Shown here piece after piece: positions 1 through 7,532 of a DNA stretch of 11,861 nt. The DNA is from Methanocellales archaeon (GTDB lineage: Archaea; Halobacteriota; JAWCLZ01). Below the pieces are notes generated by a model. The model worked only from the letters and a program-made list of their open reading frames with translations. It was not told the origin of the DNA and ran no database searches. The translations under genes were made by a program, and so were the position numbers. Each line of letters begins with the position of its first letter. The first letter of the stretch is position 1. The DNA lies in contig JAWCMA010000002.1 in the NCBI GenBank assembly GCA_038850285.1, forward strand, positions 1-11,861, given 5' to 3'.

Positions 1-70
1 TAGCAATAAAACCAATCCTTTTACCCTTGAATTGATGCTCCTTAACCCCTCCATCGATATAGATTTTCAT
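1..70 (-). CDS. Probable ribonuclease HI / RNase H-like protein, N-terminal 23 aa only (runs off the window)
   Basis: ATG at 70 (minus) opens MKIYIDGGVKEHQFKGKRIGFIA with no stop before the window edge. 'KIYIDG' matches the first strand and catalytic Asp of RNase HI (IY[T/I]DG). Only 23 codons are visible. Confidence 0.55.
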   Translation of the reverse strand, partial: MKIYIDGGVKEHQFKGKRIGFIA

Positions 71-85
71 CGCAATACCCTATTT

Positions 86-93
86 AAGAAAAA
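86..93 (-). terminator. Oligo-T tract after the tRNA (archaeal-type terminator)
   Basis: TTTTTCTT on the minus strand directly after the discriminator base. Confidence 0.4.
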
Positions 94-166
94 TGGGCTC
101 GCCCGGATTCGAACCGGGGAACTCCGCCGTGTCAAGGCGACGTCATAACCACTAGACCACGAGCCC
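94..166 (-). tRNA. tRNA-Val(GAC), intronless, CCA not encoded
   Basis: Reverse complement is GGGCTCGTGGTCTAGTGGTTATGACGTCGCCTTGACACGGCGGAGTTCCCCGGTTCGAATCCGGGCGAGCCCA. Acceptor stem GGGCTCG/CGAGCCC plus discriminator A; anticodon arm TCGCC-TT-GAC-AC-GGCGG; T arm CCCGG-TTCGAAT-CCGGG. Confidence 0.98.
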
Positions 167-189
167 TAGTTTTCTATGGCTAAGCTAGA

Positions 190-203
190 GCATAAAACTT
201 TTG
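190..203 (-). promoter_or_regulatory. BRE + TATA box of the tRNA gene
   Basis: Minus strand CAAAAG-TTTTATGC, with the TATA about 25-31 nt upstream of the mature tRNA 5' end. Confidence 0.6.
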
Positions 204-249
204 CTTGGGCGCACATAATTTCAGGTTCTATGATTTACTTGTGATATGA

Positions 250-801
250 ATTATCATATTAAGTTCGAAATTTGAAGATTTTCGAAATTTCATTAGCTCT
301 TGGATAGCAATAACTAAGAATGGCAATTTTCTAGTACTGGGATGCTTCCACAATCCCTATTTGATTGAAGAGCTGAAAAAAATTGAGTAAATGCAATCGA
401 TTAATACCTCATTCATATTCATCTCGATCACGCTGGTGGTATAGGTCATTTGATTCAGAGATTTCCAAAGGTAAGGGTGCTCGTGTATGATAAAAGCCCT
501 CGCCAGAAAATCTGCTATGGTCGCTATGGCTTCACTCAATGCGAGGAAAATGCTTGGTATGCATAGAGATCAGCTTTTTCTCCGGAGGTAATTATGGGCG
601 TTTAAATGAATTTGAAAATCCGTGAAAAGAAGTACCGCGAGAAACATTTGAAAGGCTTTTAAAAGCCGATGTGCTTTCTCAATGGTATTCAAAGCTCGAT
701 GGAGATGTTCAGAAGCGTTGAAATATTTTGTTTTGAATATCATGCGGGGATACCTAGAATATTTGAAGGGAGTGGAAGAAAGCCGCTTAAAGGTTAACTG
801 A
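250..801 (+). pseudogene. Degraded MBL-fold metallo-hydrolase (glyoxalase II/YflN-like) with frameshifts, stops and a large internal deletion
   Basis: Fragments in family order across frames: FEDFRNFISSWIAITKNGNFLV (271-336), LIEELKKI (361-384), VNAID*YLIHIHLDHAGGIGHLIQRFPKVRVLVY (387-488; HxHxDH at 414-431), KICYGRYG (507-530; resembles CYGHYG, CGC is one base from CAC), ARKMLGMHRDQLFL (541-582), FERLLKAD..KLDGDVQKR (647-718), KYFVLNIMRGYLEYLKG...* (721-801). The 5' boundary is approximate. Confidence 0.85.
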
Positions 802-816
802 GTTAATATGAGCTAT

Positions 817-1197
817 TTATATTACCATTACCTCATCTGCATTGCTTATAACCACTTCCCTTTCTCCTTTATACTCCTGCACTACCCCATATGCGCGAAC
901 TCTATCCCCAATTTTAATTCGCTTAGCAATTTCATTTGCACCAGCCTTCTTAGGTATGAAGAGCTTGATTTTATTGGAATTTGAATTCAGCTCTATTATG
1001 AGATTCTCCCCAGTTTTGGTTGGCTGCTTAACACTTACTACTCCAGAAACATATACTCGCTCGCCTATTTTAGAGCTATGTGAATACTCCGGTGCTTCCC
1101 CTTTAGCAGCTGGTAATAGATAGAAGATCGAAAGCGCTGCTAGAGAAACGATTAATAATACCACTATTATTTTCTCCTCTTTTTGAAGCATATTCAT
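817..1197 (-). CDS. Membrane-anchored OB-fold nucleic-acid-binding domain protein
   Basis: N-terminal hydrophobic helix (IIVVLLIVSLAALSIFYLL). OB-fold pattern IGERVYVSGVV ... IKIGDRVRAYGVVQEYKGEREV. The start could be 1197 or 1191. Confidence 0.8.
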   Translation of the reverse strand: MNMLQKEEKIIVVLLIVSLAALSIFYLLPAAKGEAPEYSHSSKIGERVYVSGVVSVKQPTKTGENLIIELNSNSNKIKLFIPKKAGANEIAKRIKIGDRVRAYGVVQEYKGEREVVISNADEVMVI

Positions 1198-1259
1198 TTC
1201 TTCAACGCATAGCTACTTAAATGTATTTTTTTGCAAATTAATCGTGAATCGAAACCTTC

Positions 1260-1268
1260 TTTTATATG
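1260..1268 (+). promoter_or_regulatory. TATA box upstream of aIF1
   Basis: TTTTATATG preceded by CGAAA, placing a probable TSS near 1286-1292. Confidence 0.5.
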
Positions 1269-1285
1269 TTGAGAATAACTAATAA

Positions 1286-1612
1286 ATGGAGGCTTATCAA
1301 AAAGTGGGCACTGACATCTGCACTGTTTGTGGTTTGCCCAAAGAGCTCTGCATATGCGAAGAGGTTGCAAAGGAGCAGCAAATTATTAGCGTCAAGGTCA
1401 ATCAACGGAGATATGGCAAGGAAGTCACTGTTATTGAAGGCTTAGACCCAAGTGAGATTAATCTTCAGGAACTGGCAAGTTTTCTCAAGAGCAAGCTTGC
1501 TTGCGGTGGCACTATTAAGAATGGCATTATAGAGCTCCAGGGCAATCACAGGGAAAAGGTAAAAGAGATTCTCACCAGCAAAGGCTTTGCTGCTGAGCAG
1601 ATAAAAATATAA
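1286..1612 (+). CDS. sui1: Translation initiation factor aIF1 (SUI1/YciH family); the true start may be GTG at 1304
   Basis: N-terminal zinc knuckle [37 protein letters not shown] and IELQGNH are SUI1 signatures of the archaeal type. Confidence 0.96.
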   Translation: MEAYQKVGTDICTVCGLPKELCICEEVAKEQQIISVKVNQRRYGKEVTVIEGLDPSEINLQELASFLKSKLACGGTIKNGIIELQGNHREKVKEILTSKGFAAEQIKI

Positions 1613-1684
1613 TTTAAAATTTAAAAAACTTCTCGCCTTCGATAGGAAAATTTAAGGCTGCGCTCAGCTATAGCAATTGAGAGA

Positions 1685-4384
1685 ATGAACTGGTATTCAA
1701 AGAGCATAGAGGAATTATTTACATTATTCAACACAAGCATACGTGGTCTAAATAAAGAGCAAGCTGAGCAGGCACTCTTGAAACATGGCCCAAATAAATT
1801 AAAGGAGAAGCCCAAGCCCCATCCATTAATTAAATTCCTAGCTCAATTTAAGAGCGTGCCGATTTTAATGCTCATAGCTGCAACCCTTATTCTAGTGCTA
1901 TTAACTATTTTCACTCCTGAAAATAGACTTACTGATGCCATTGTAATTTTAATAGTGATTTTTCTAAACGCAATAATGGGCTATATTCAAGAAGCGAGAG
2001 CGGAAAAAGCAATGGAGGCTTTGAAAAAGCTCACTAGTCCTAAGGCAAAGGTATTGAGAGATGGCTTGGAAAGGGTAATCGACGTTTCAGAAGTTGTACC
2101 GGGAGATATTTTACTGCTCGAAGAAGGCGACAGAATACCGGCTGATGCTAGAATTTTTGAATCCTGCAACTTAGAGGTAGATGAATCAATGCTCACAGGT
2201 GAATCTACTCCAGTTAGAAAGGAGCCAGTTTTACTAGCGGGAAAAATATCCATCGTGGATCAAGTAAACACTGTTTTCATGGGAACCATTATTACCAGAG
2301 GCAGGGGTAAGGCAATTGTTGTTGCCACTGGCATGGATACCGAGATGGGCAGAATTGCAAGGGTCATTCAAGAAGAGGAAGAAGAGGAAACACCTCTGCA
2401 GCGAAGGCTAAATTCTATGGGGAAGCAAATTGGGGCAATTGCATTAATTGCAATGGTGGTACTCTTCTCAATTGACATGCTCATACCCCCGAGTAATTTA
2501 ATCGAGGGATTTCTGCTTGCCGTTAGCCTGGCAGTTGCAATAATTCCAGAGGGCTTGCCCATTGTAACTCTTGTTACCCTAGCTGTGGGAATGCAAATTA
2601 TGGCCCAGAAAAACGCGGTCATACGTAGGTTGATGTGCGTTGAAACCCTTGGCTGCACCACGGTTATCTGCTCAGATAAAACCGGTACGCTGACTAAAAA
2701 TGAGATGACCCTTAGAGAGATGCATATCGCTGGCAAGCGGTATCACATAACTGGAGAGGGCTATTCCCCTGAGGGGGAGATCTTGATTAATGGGGAGAAA
2801 GCAGATCTATCTCAACCAACGCTTCAAAGGGCACTTGAAATCATGGCTCTCTGCAACAATGCCCATTTGCTGAAGGAGGGCGATAAATGGAATGTAGTTG
2901 GAGACCCCACTGAAGGAGCGCTGCTTGCAGTTGTAGAAAAGGCAAAGCTTAACTCGAAGGCCTTGCTTGAAAAGCTCCCTAGAATTGAGGAGAAAATTTT
3001 TGATCCCAAGCGAAAGTTCATGACAACTGTGCACCTGGCTGAAGGTGGCAGAGATAAAATTGCCTTTGTAAAAGGCGCTCCTGAAGTATTGCTTAGACTA
3101 TCGAGGTATATCTTGGGAGATGAAGGAGTGAGGGATATCACTGAGATCGATAGAAAAGCGATTGAAGATATAAACCTCGAGTTCGCTTCTAAAGCATATC
3201 GCGTGCTCGCCCTCGGCTACAAGCAGCTTGAGCAGAGCGAAGAAGGGGAGATCGAAATGGGCATGACCTTCGTGGGGATACTGGGAATAATGGATCCGCC
3301 TAGGAGTGAGGCAAAACGAGCTATAGCTCTCTGTAAAGAGGCAGGGATTAAGGTGGTAATGATAACTGGGGATCAAAAGAATACTGCAATTGCAGTGGCA
3401 AAGGAACTTGGACTTCTTGAGGGAAATGAGGGTAAAGTGCTAACTGGCAGTGAGCTGGATCAAATGGATGGCGAGGAGTTCAAAAAAATTGCTGGTGAAA
3501 TCAAAGTCTATGCTAGGGTTTCACCTGAGCATAAGATGAAGATCATTGATGCATTGAAGAGCAGGGGAGAAATAGTGGCGATGACTGGTGATGGGGTAAA
3601 CGATGCACCCGCGCTAACTAAATCTGATATAGGTATTTCCATGGGTATCTCTGGCACGGATGTGGCGAAGGAAGCAAGTGATATGGTGCTCATGGACGAT
3701 AACTTCTCATCCATAGTCGCAGCCGTTGAGGAGGGGAGGAGGATCTATGATAATATTAGAAAATTCATTCGATATCAACTTTCCACCAATGTTGGAGCTA
3801 TTCTATTACTTTTTCTAGCTACAGTTCTCGTCCCATATGCGATACCAATGTATCCAGTTCAATTGCTTTGGATAAATATAATGATGGATGGCCCCCCTGC
3901 GATTGCACTTGGCTTGGAATCCGCTGATAAAGACATCATGAAGCATCCCCCTCGAGACCCAGAGGAGAAGATATTATCCAGTGCAATTTTAAAAGCGATC
4001 TTTTTAAACGGATGTATAATGGGTCTAGGTGCTTTCCTCCTTTTCTACTGGGCTTATTATTTCAGCGGCCATAGCGATGCCGCGAGGTATGCTCAAACTG
4101 TGACTTTCACAGGCTATGTTATTTATCAAATGTTTAATGTTTTCAACTGCCGCTCCCTGGAGAAATCCACTTTTAGCATTGGCCTGACTTCAAATAAATT
4201 CCTGCTTCTGGCAGTTTCCACTTCAGTTTTCCTCCAGATATTGGTGATCTATATTCCTCTACTCAATACCCTCTTTCACACTGTTCCCCTTAAACTTGAG
4301 GACTGGAGAATAATTCTTCTAGCTGCTTCTTCGGTTTTAATCTTTGAAGAAGTCAAAAAAGCAATTGCCCAGCGTAAAAGTTAG
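1685..4384 (+). CDS. P-type ATPase, P2A (Ca2+-transporting, SERCA/SPCA family)
   Basis: TGES, IPEGLP (M4), DKTGTLT (phospho-Asp at 2675), KGAPE, DPPR, MITGD, GDGVNDAPAL; about ten TM segments; 899 aa. Confidence 0.96.
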   Translation: MNWYSKSIEELFTLFNTSIRGLNKEQAEQALLKHGPNKLKEKPKPHPLIKFLAQFKSVPILMLIAATLILVLLTIFTPENRLTDAIVILIVIFLNAIMGYIQEARAEKAMEALKKLTSPKAKVLRDGLERVIDVSEVVPGDILLLEEGDRIPADARIFESCNLEVDESMLTGESTPVRKEPVLLAGKISIVDQVNTVFMGTIITRGRGKAIVVATGMDTEMGRIARVIQEEEEEETPLQRRLNSMGKQIGAIALIAMVVLFSIDMLIPPSNLIEGFLLAVSLAVAIIPEGLPIVTLVTLAVGMQIMAQKNAVIRRLMCVETLGCTTVICSDKTGTLTKNEMTLREMHIAGKRYHITGEGYSPEGEILINGEKADLSQPTLQRALEIMALCNNAHLLKEGDKWNVVGDPTEGALLAVVEKAKLNSKALLEKLPRIEEKIFDPKRKFMTTVHLAEGGRDKIAFVKGAPEVLLRLSRYILGDEGVRDITEIDRKAIEDINLEFASKAYRVLALGYKQLEQSEEGEIEMGMTFVGILGIMDPPRSEAKRAIALCKEAGIKVVMITGDQKNTAIAVAKELGLLEGNEGKVLTGSELDQMDGEEFKKIAGEIKVYARVSPEHKMKIIDALKSRGEIVAMTGDGVNDAPALTKSDIGISMGISGTDVAKEASDMVLMDDNFSSIVAAVEEGRRIYDNIRKFIRYQLSTNVGAILLLFLATVLVPYAIPMYPVQLLWINIMMDGPPAIALGLESADKDIMKHPPRDPEEKILSSAILKAIFLNGCIMGLGAFLLFYWAYYFSGHSDAARYAQTVTFTGYVIYQMFNVFNCRSLEKSTFSIGLTSNKFLLLAVSTSVFLQILVIYIPLLNTLFHTVPLKLEDWRIILLAASSVLIFEEVKKAIAQRKS

Positions 4385-4563
4385 CCAAGTTCCCTGCCCA
4401 TTCTTCGCTTCATTCTTTTTATCATTGCAATTTGTTCCTGACAGAGTTTGCAAACCTCTTGAGAGATATTCCCGCATTCTTTGCAGAAGGGGGATGCGCA
4501 ATATAAGCATTCGATTACCTGTTCTACTTCCCTCTCGCATATCCTGCAAATGGGCAATCCCAT
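4381..4563 (-). CDS. Small 60-aa zinc-finger protein with four CxxC pairs and a basic tail
   Basis: MGLPICRIC...CLYC...CKEC...CKLC...KRMKRRMGRELG. ATG 4563 lies 10 nt after the upstream gene's stop. The ORF-track extension to 4647 overlaps that gene and is unlikely. Confidence 0.8.
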   Translation of the reverse strand: MGLPICRICEREVEQVIECLYCASPFCKECGNISQEVCKLCQEQIAMIKRMKRRMGRELG

Positions 4564-4573
4564 CACAACCAAT

Positions 4574-4957
4574 TCAAGATAAAAGTTTAACCCACGCCAC
4601 AAGGTCCTGACATAGCTCTGGATCGCATTCTGCCTTGCAGCCGGCACATGGAGCGATGATATCTCTAGCTACGAGCAAATGATAGTTGGTTTTCCCTAAT
4701 TTTGCTTTATCCAACTGCTTAATAGCAACTATTCGATAGGTTCTAACTCCATGTGCTGTTTCCCACTCGCGTTTTATCAAACCTTTAGATTCAAGAGCCG
4801 CCACGAAGCGGGAGCAAGCTCTACTATCTATCTTCAATTTCTTCCAAAGCTCATTCTGGAGGATTCCATTCTTCCTCGCTTGAATAAGCTTTAAAACATC
4901 TTCCTCGGTTACCTTTGGCTTTGGCTTTGCTGAGTCTGATTTGGCTTTGGCCTGCAT
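4574..4957 (-). CDS. Transcription factor E beta subunit / RPC34-like protein (MarR-like winged helix plus C-terminal 4-Cys putative [4Fe-4S] domain)
   Basis: wHTH GILQNELWKKLKIDSRACSRFVAALESKGLIKRE...RTYRI, then PCAGCKAECDPELCQDLVAW. This is the architecture of archaeal TFE-beta. RBS GAGGT just upstream of ATG. Confidence 0.8.
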   Translation of the reverse strand: MQAKAKSDSAKPKPKVTEEDVLKLIQARKNGILQNELWKKLKIDSRACSRFVAALESKGLIKREWETAHGVRTYRIVAIKQLDKAKLGKTNYHLLVARDIIAPCAGCKAECDPELCQDLVAWVKLLS

Positions 4958-4964
4958 AGTACCT

Positions 4965-5189
4965 CTATTCTTGCACAGGTATTATCAGCACTATATTATT
5001 CCCGCGCAATACCACAGAGCCCAAATTTCGCTTCTTCTCCCCATCGACGATTTCAGTTGTATCCGTTAGATATAGATTGAGATAGTCATCTGCACTTTCC
5101 AATTTACCCTCGAGTATATTTTTCTCACCCTTCATCTCCACTTGGATTCTGCTGCCAATCAACGTTTGTACTTTCTTGTTTGGAAACAA
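4965..5189 (-). CDS. Sm-like archaeal protein, SmAP2 type (LSM domain)
   Basis: Sm1 motif (IQVEMKG...LEGKLESADDYLNLYL) and Sm2 motif (LGSVVLRGNNIVLI), closely resembling Archaeoglobus Sm2. TTG start with GAGGG upstream. Confidence 0.95.
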   Translation of the reverse strand: MFPNKKVQTLIGSRIQVEMKGEKNILEGKLESADDYLNLYLTDTTEIVDGEKKRNLGSVVLRGNNIVLIIPVQE

Positions 5190-5223
5190 ATAAAATCCCT
5201 CAGCTTTTTATAATATACCTGCT

Positions 5224-5238
5224 ATCATAAATCTTTCT
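5224..5238 (-). promoter_or_regulatory. BRE + TATA for the Sm2 operon
   Basis: Minus strand AGAAAGATTTATGAT about 35 nt upstream of the TTG start. Confidence 0.5.
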
Positions 5239-5276
5239 AGGCTTGAATTTGAAGATTCAGCTAAATATATCTTTCT

Positions 5277-5291
5277 ATAAAGCTTTTATAG
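5277..5291 (+). promoter_or_regulatory. BRE + TATA for the SAMP/MoaD gene (likely leaderless transcript)
   Basis: ATAAAGC-TTTTATAG ends about 24 nt before ATG 5315, and no SD sequence is visible. Confidence 0.5.
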
Positions 5292-5314
5292 ATATACGAA
5301 TTAACTATTTTTGC

Positions 5315-5590
5315 ATGCAGGTGAGGGTTAAAACTTTTGCAAACTATAGGGAAATAATAGGGAAGCGGGAAATCGAAGTAGAGTTAAAAAGTAATTCATC
5401 GGTTCGTGATCTCTTAGAAGAGCTTTGCAAGCACTACGATCTTCGCACTCTACTCTTCGAGGGAGATGCTCTGCAGAAATATATAAAAGTGCTGGTTAAC
5501 GGCGAGGACGTGGTTTTCCTAAAAGGATTGGAAACAAAGCTCAAGAGTGGAGATGAAATAGCTCTTTTTCCACCAGTTGCAGGCGGGTAA
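5315..5590 (+). CDS. Ubiquitin-like small archaeal modifier / sulfur carrier (SAMP1/MoaD family), 91 aa
   Basis: MQVRVKTFANYREIIG ... VLVNG ... LKSGDEIALFPPVAGG* is a beta-grasp fold ending in di-glycine. The start was moved from 5243 to ATG 5315 to match the family N-terminus. Confidence 0.93.
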   Translation: MQVRVKTFANYREIIGKREIEVELKSNSSVRDLLEELCKHYDLRTLLFEGDALQKYIKVLVNGEDVVFLKGLETKLKSGDEIALFPPVAGG

Positions 5591-5651
5591 TTTGAATGTT
5601 AAATTATAAATTAAAATAAGATAAAGCAAGATATAAAATTGAGGTGATAGC

Positions 5652-6380
5652 ATGCAGCGCATCATAGATGCTCATATCCACGCTTGTCCTGTTAACAATC
5701 CCATTGAGCGGATTAAAAAAGAACTTATAGAAGCTAAAATTGAAGAGGCAGTTTTAATACCTTGGGTTAGAGATGAAGCGCTTGAGGGCGAGGGATTTGA
5801 AAAGGCGAATAGATATGTACTGGAAAGCGCAAGGAGTGAAAGGGAGATTAAGTTCTATCCCTACTGCTCCATAAGCCGAGACCTAAAACTGCCTGAGAAC
5901 TGCGAGGAATTCTATGGTGCAAAATGGCACTGCCTAGCTGATATCTATCACTCAGGCTGGGACTGGAGTGAGGTAAAGCAGTTGATTGAGCGGATTTATA
6001 GAGCGAAGCTGAATGTATTAATTGAAGATAAATTTGAGTTGGTATGTAAATTCATAAGTATATGCCCGGGGGATTTAACTATAATCATACCCCACATGGG
6101 CATACATCCCCATTATGAAGCAGGAGATTTAAGAGTACTTGGGAGGAGATGGAAGATATTGAAGGGATTGAAAAATGTTTATTTTGATACAGCTCTCTCA
6201 TCTGCAGTTATAATTCAAGATTGCATTGGAGAAGTAGGCCTAGGTAGAGTGCTGCATGGTTCTGACTCACCCTTTGGAAGCATTCAAAGAGAACTCGTGC
6301 AAACGGATTTTGCAGTGATAAAACCCTATGAAAAGAGAGCTATTTTGTATGAAAATGCATTAAGAATATTGAAGAAATGA
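5652..6380 (+). CDS. Amidohydrolase family protein (TIM barrel, Amidohydro_2-like)
   Basis: IIDAHIH, KWH, IPHMG, VYFDTA and LHGSDSPFG motifs. SD GAGGTG at 5641-5646. Confidence 0.88.
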   Translation: MQRIIDAHIHACPVNNPIERIKKELIEAKIEEAVLIPWVRDEALEGEGFEKANRYVLESARSEREIKFYPYCSISRDLKLPENCEEFYGAKWHCLADIYHSGWDWSEVKQLIERIYRAKLNVLIEDKFELVCKFISICPGDLTIIIPHMGIHPHYEAGDLRVLGRRWKILKGLKNVYFDTALSSAVIIQDCIGEVGLGRVLHGSDSPFGSIQRELVQTDFAVIKPYEKRAILYENALRILKK

Positions 6381-6416
6381 AATATAATATTATAATTATA
6401 TTTTATATTAATTTTT
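6381..6416. terminator. Pure A/T tract between convergent genes, probable bidirectional terminator region
   Basis: AATATAATATTATAATTATATTTTATATTAATTTTT contains no G or C and lies at the junction of the amidohydrolase and cdc6 3' ends. Confidence 0.35.
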
Positions 6417-7532
6417 CAAGAGTGCAAGTACCTCCTCAGGCTCATACCTCAATGCAATCCTCCTAGTCTGCCCGCGCTCGCCCTTGCTTGCCCCTTCTGC
6501 ATCAATCACTCTCAGAGCACAGAGTTTATTGACTATTTCATAGAAAATAGTATAGCCAAGTTTTATTCTCGCTTGAAATTCTTTATATAAATCACCGGAT
6601 CTGAATTCCCCTTTTGACTCCGCTAGAATTCTAAGCAGCAATTTTTCTTCATCCTTAAGCGATTTAATGGTATATGTTAAATGCACAAGTCTGGATTTCT
6701 CATATGCCTTTTCCACGTCCTCAAGGGATATAGTTTTGCTTGCTCTTCGCTCAGCATTAAAGCCTGCTCTCTTTAAGAGATCTATCCCCACTCTCAAGTC
6801 AGCTGAACTCATAACGCAGTCAACCACTTTCTCCAGCACTTCATTTGAAACCACACTTGGGTAAAAACCATGCTTTATTCTATATGAGAGGATATCTCTA
6901 ACCTCGTCTCTACTGTAAAGCGGGAAGTATATTTCCTCAGCTTGAAAAATTGACTGCACCCTTGGATCAAGAACTGAGTGGAGATCAAGTGAGAGATCGC
7001 TTGAGACCGCGAGCACGCCTATCTTTGCGCCTGGCTGAGTTTCGTGGGCGCGCAATAGCGAATAGAGCACGTCATTTGCTTCTTGCTCGTAAATTAAATA
7101 ATTCACATCATCGAGAGCAACTATTAAAACCCTTTCCTTCTCCACAAGCTGCTTTGCTATATTTGAAAAGATCTTTTTAAAGGAAACCCCTGAACTCGGC
7201 GGGGTGAAGCCGAAGAGTGCTTGGAAAATCTGCGAGAAAACCGCATATCGAGTGGAGTCAATTTTGCAATTCACGTGAACTGGCACAACTTTTTGAGTTG
7301 CACTTCGAATTTCTTCAAATAGCTTTAAAACTGCACTTGTCTTGCCTGTGCCGGGGGGGCCTAGTAGATAAGCATCAAGCGGTCTCATTCCGCGAAACGC
7401 TGGCTTAACGCTGAACTTGAGTGCCTCCATTTGCTTCTCGCGATGCAAAAAATGCTCAGGCAAAAAGTCAAGCTCAAAGTATTCTTGGTTTTTAAATATT
7501 GTTTCATCCCACATTAGCAATTCCTTGACCAT
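6408..7532 (-). CDS. cdc6: Orc1/Cdc6 replication initiation protein (AAA+ plus winged helix)
   Basis: HREKQ, Walker A GPPGTGKT, VHVNC, Walker B LIVALDDVNYL, LDPRVQS, FPLY, ADLR and a C-terminal wHTH with GERGQTR. ATG 7532 is preceded by AGGTG, which contains the ORF-track GTG. Confidence 0.96.
   Translation of the reverse strand: MVKELLMWDETIFKNQEYFELDFLPEHFLHREKQMEALKFSVKPAFRGMRPLDAYLLGPPGTGKTSAVLKLFEEIRSATQKVVPVHVNCKIDSTRYAVFSQIFQALFGFTPPSSGVSFKKIFSNIAKQLVEKERVLIVALDDVNYLIYEQEANDVLYSLLRAHETQPGAKIGVLAVSSDLSLDLHSVLDPRVQSIFQAEEIYFPLYSRDEVRDILSYRIKHGFYPSVVSNEVLEKVVDCVMSSADLRVGIDLLKRAGFNAERRASKTISLEDVEKAYEKSRLVHLTYTIKSLKDEEKLLLRILAESKGEFRSGDLYKEFQARIKLGYTIFYEIVNKLCALRVIDAEGASKGERGQTRRIALRYEPEEVLALLKN

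Noticed and set aside
264-290. TTCGAAATTT repeated twice as an operator
   Set aside because: It lies within the pseudogene's former coding sequence, is AT-rich and has only two copies.
357-539. 60-aa minus-strand ORF
   Set aside because: Antisense shadow of the MBL pseudogene, with no motif of its own.
842-4610. Shadow ORFs (842-1123, 1621-1815, 1987-2253, 2368-2736, 2807-3034, 2824-3141, 3098-3376, 3508-3714, 4337-4549, 4344-4610)
   Set aside because: They overlap well-supported genes, mostly antisense, and have no recognisable motifs.
4914-4951. TTTGGC hexamer repeats
   Set aside because: They encode the low-complexity AKAK/KPKPK N-terminus, and there are too few copies for a contingency locus.
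5243-5314. N-terminal extension of SAMP in the ORF track
   Set aside because: It spans the divergent promoter region. The family starts at the MQV equivalent, and TATA spacing favours 5315.
6381-6416. AT-only tract as an origin DNA-unwinding element
   Set aside because: Too short, not flanked by ORBs, and explained as a convergent-gene spacer.
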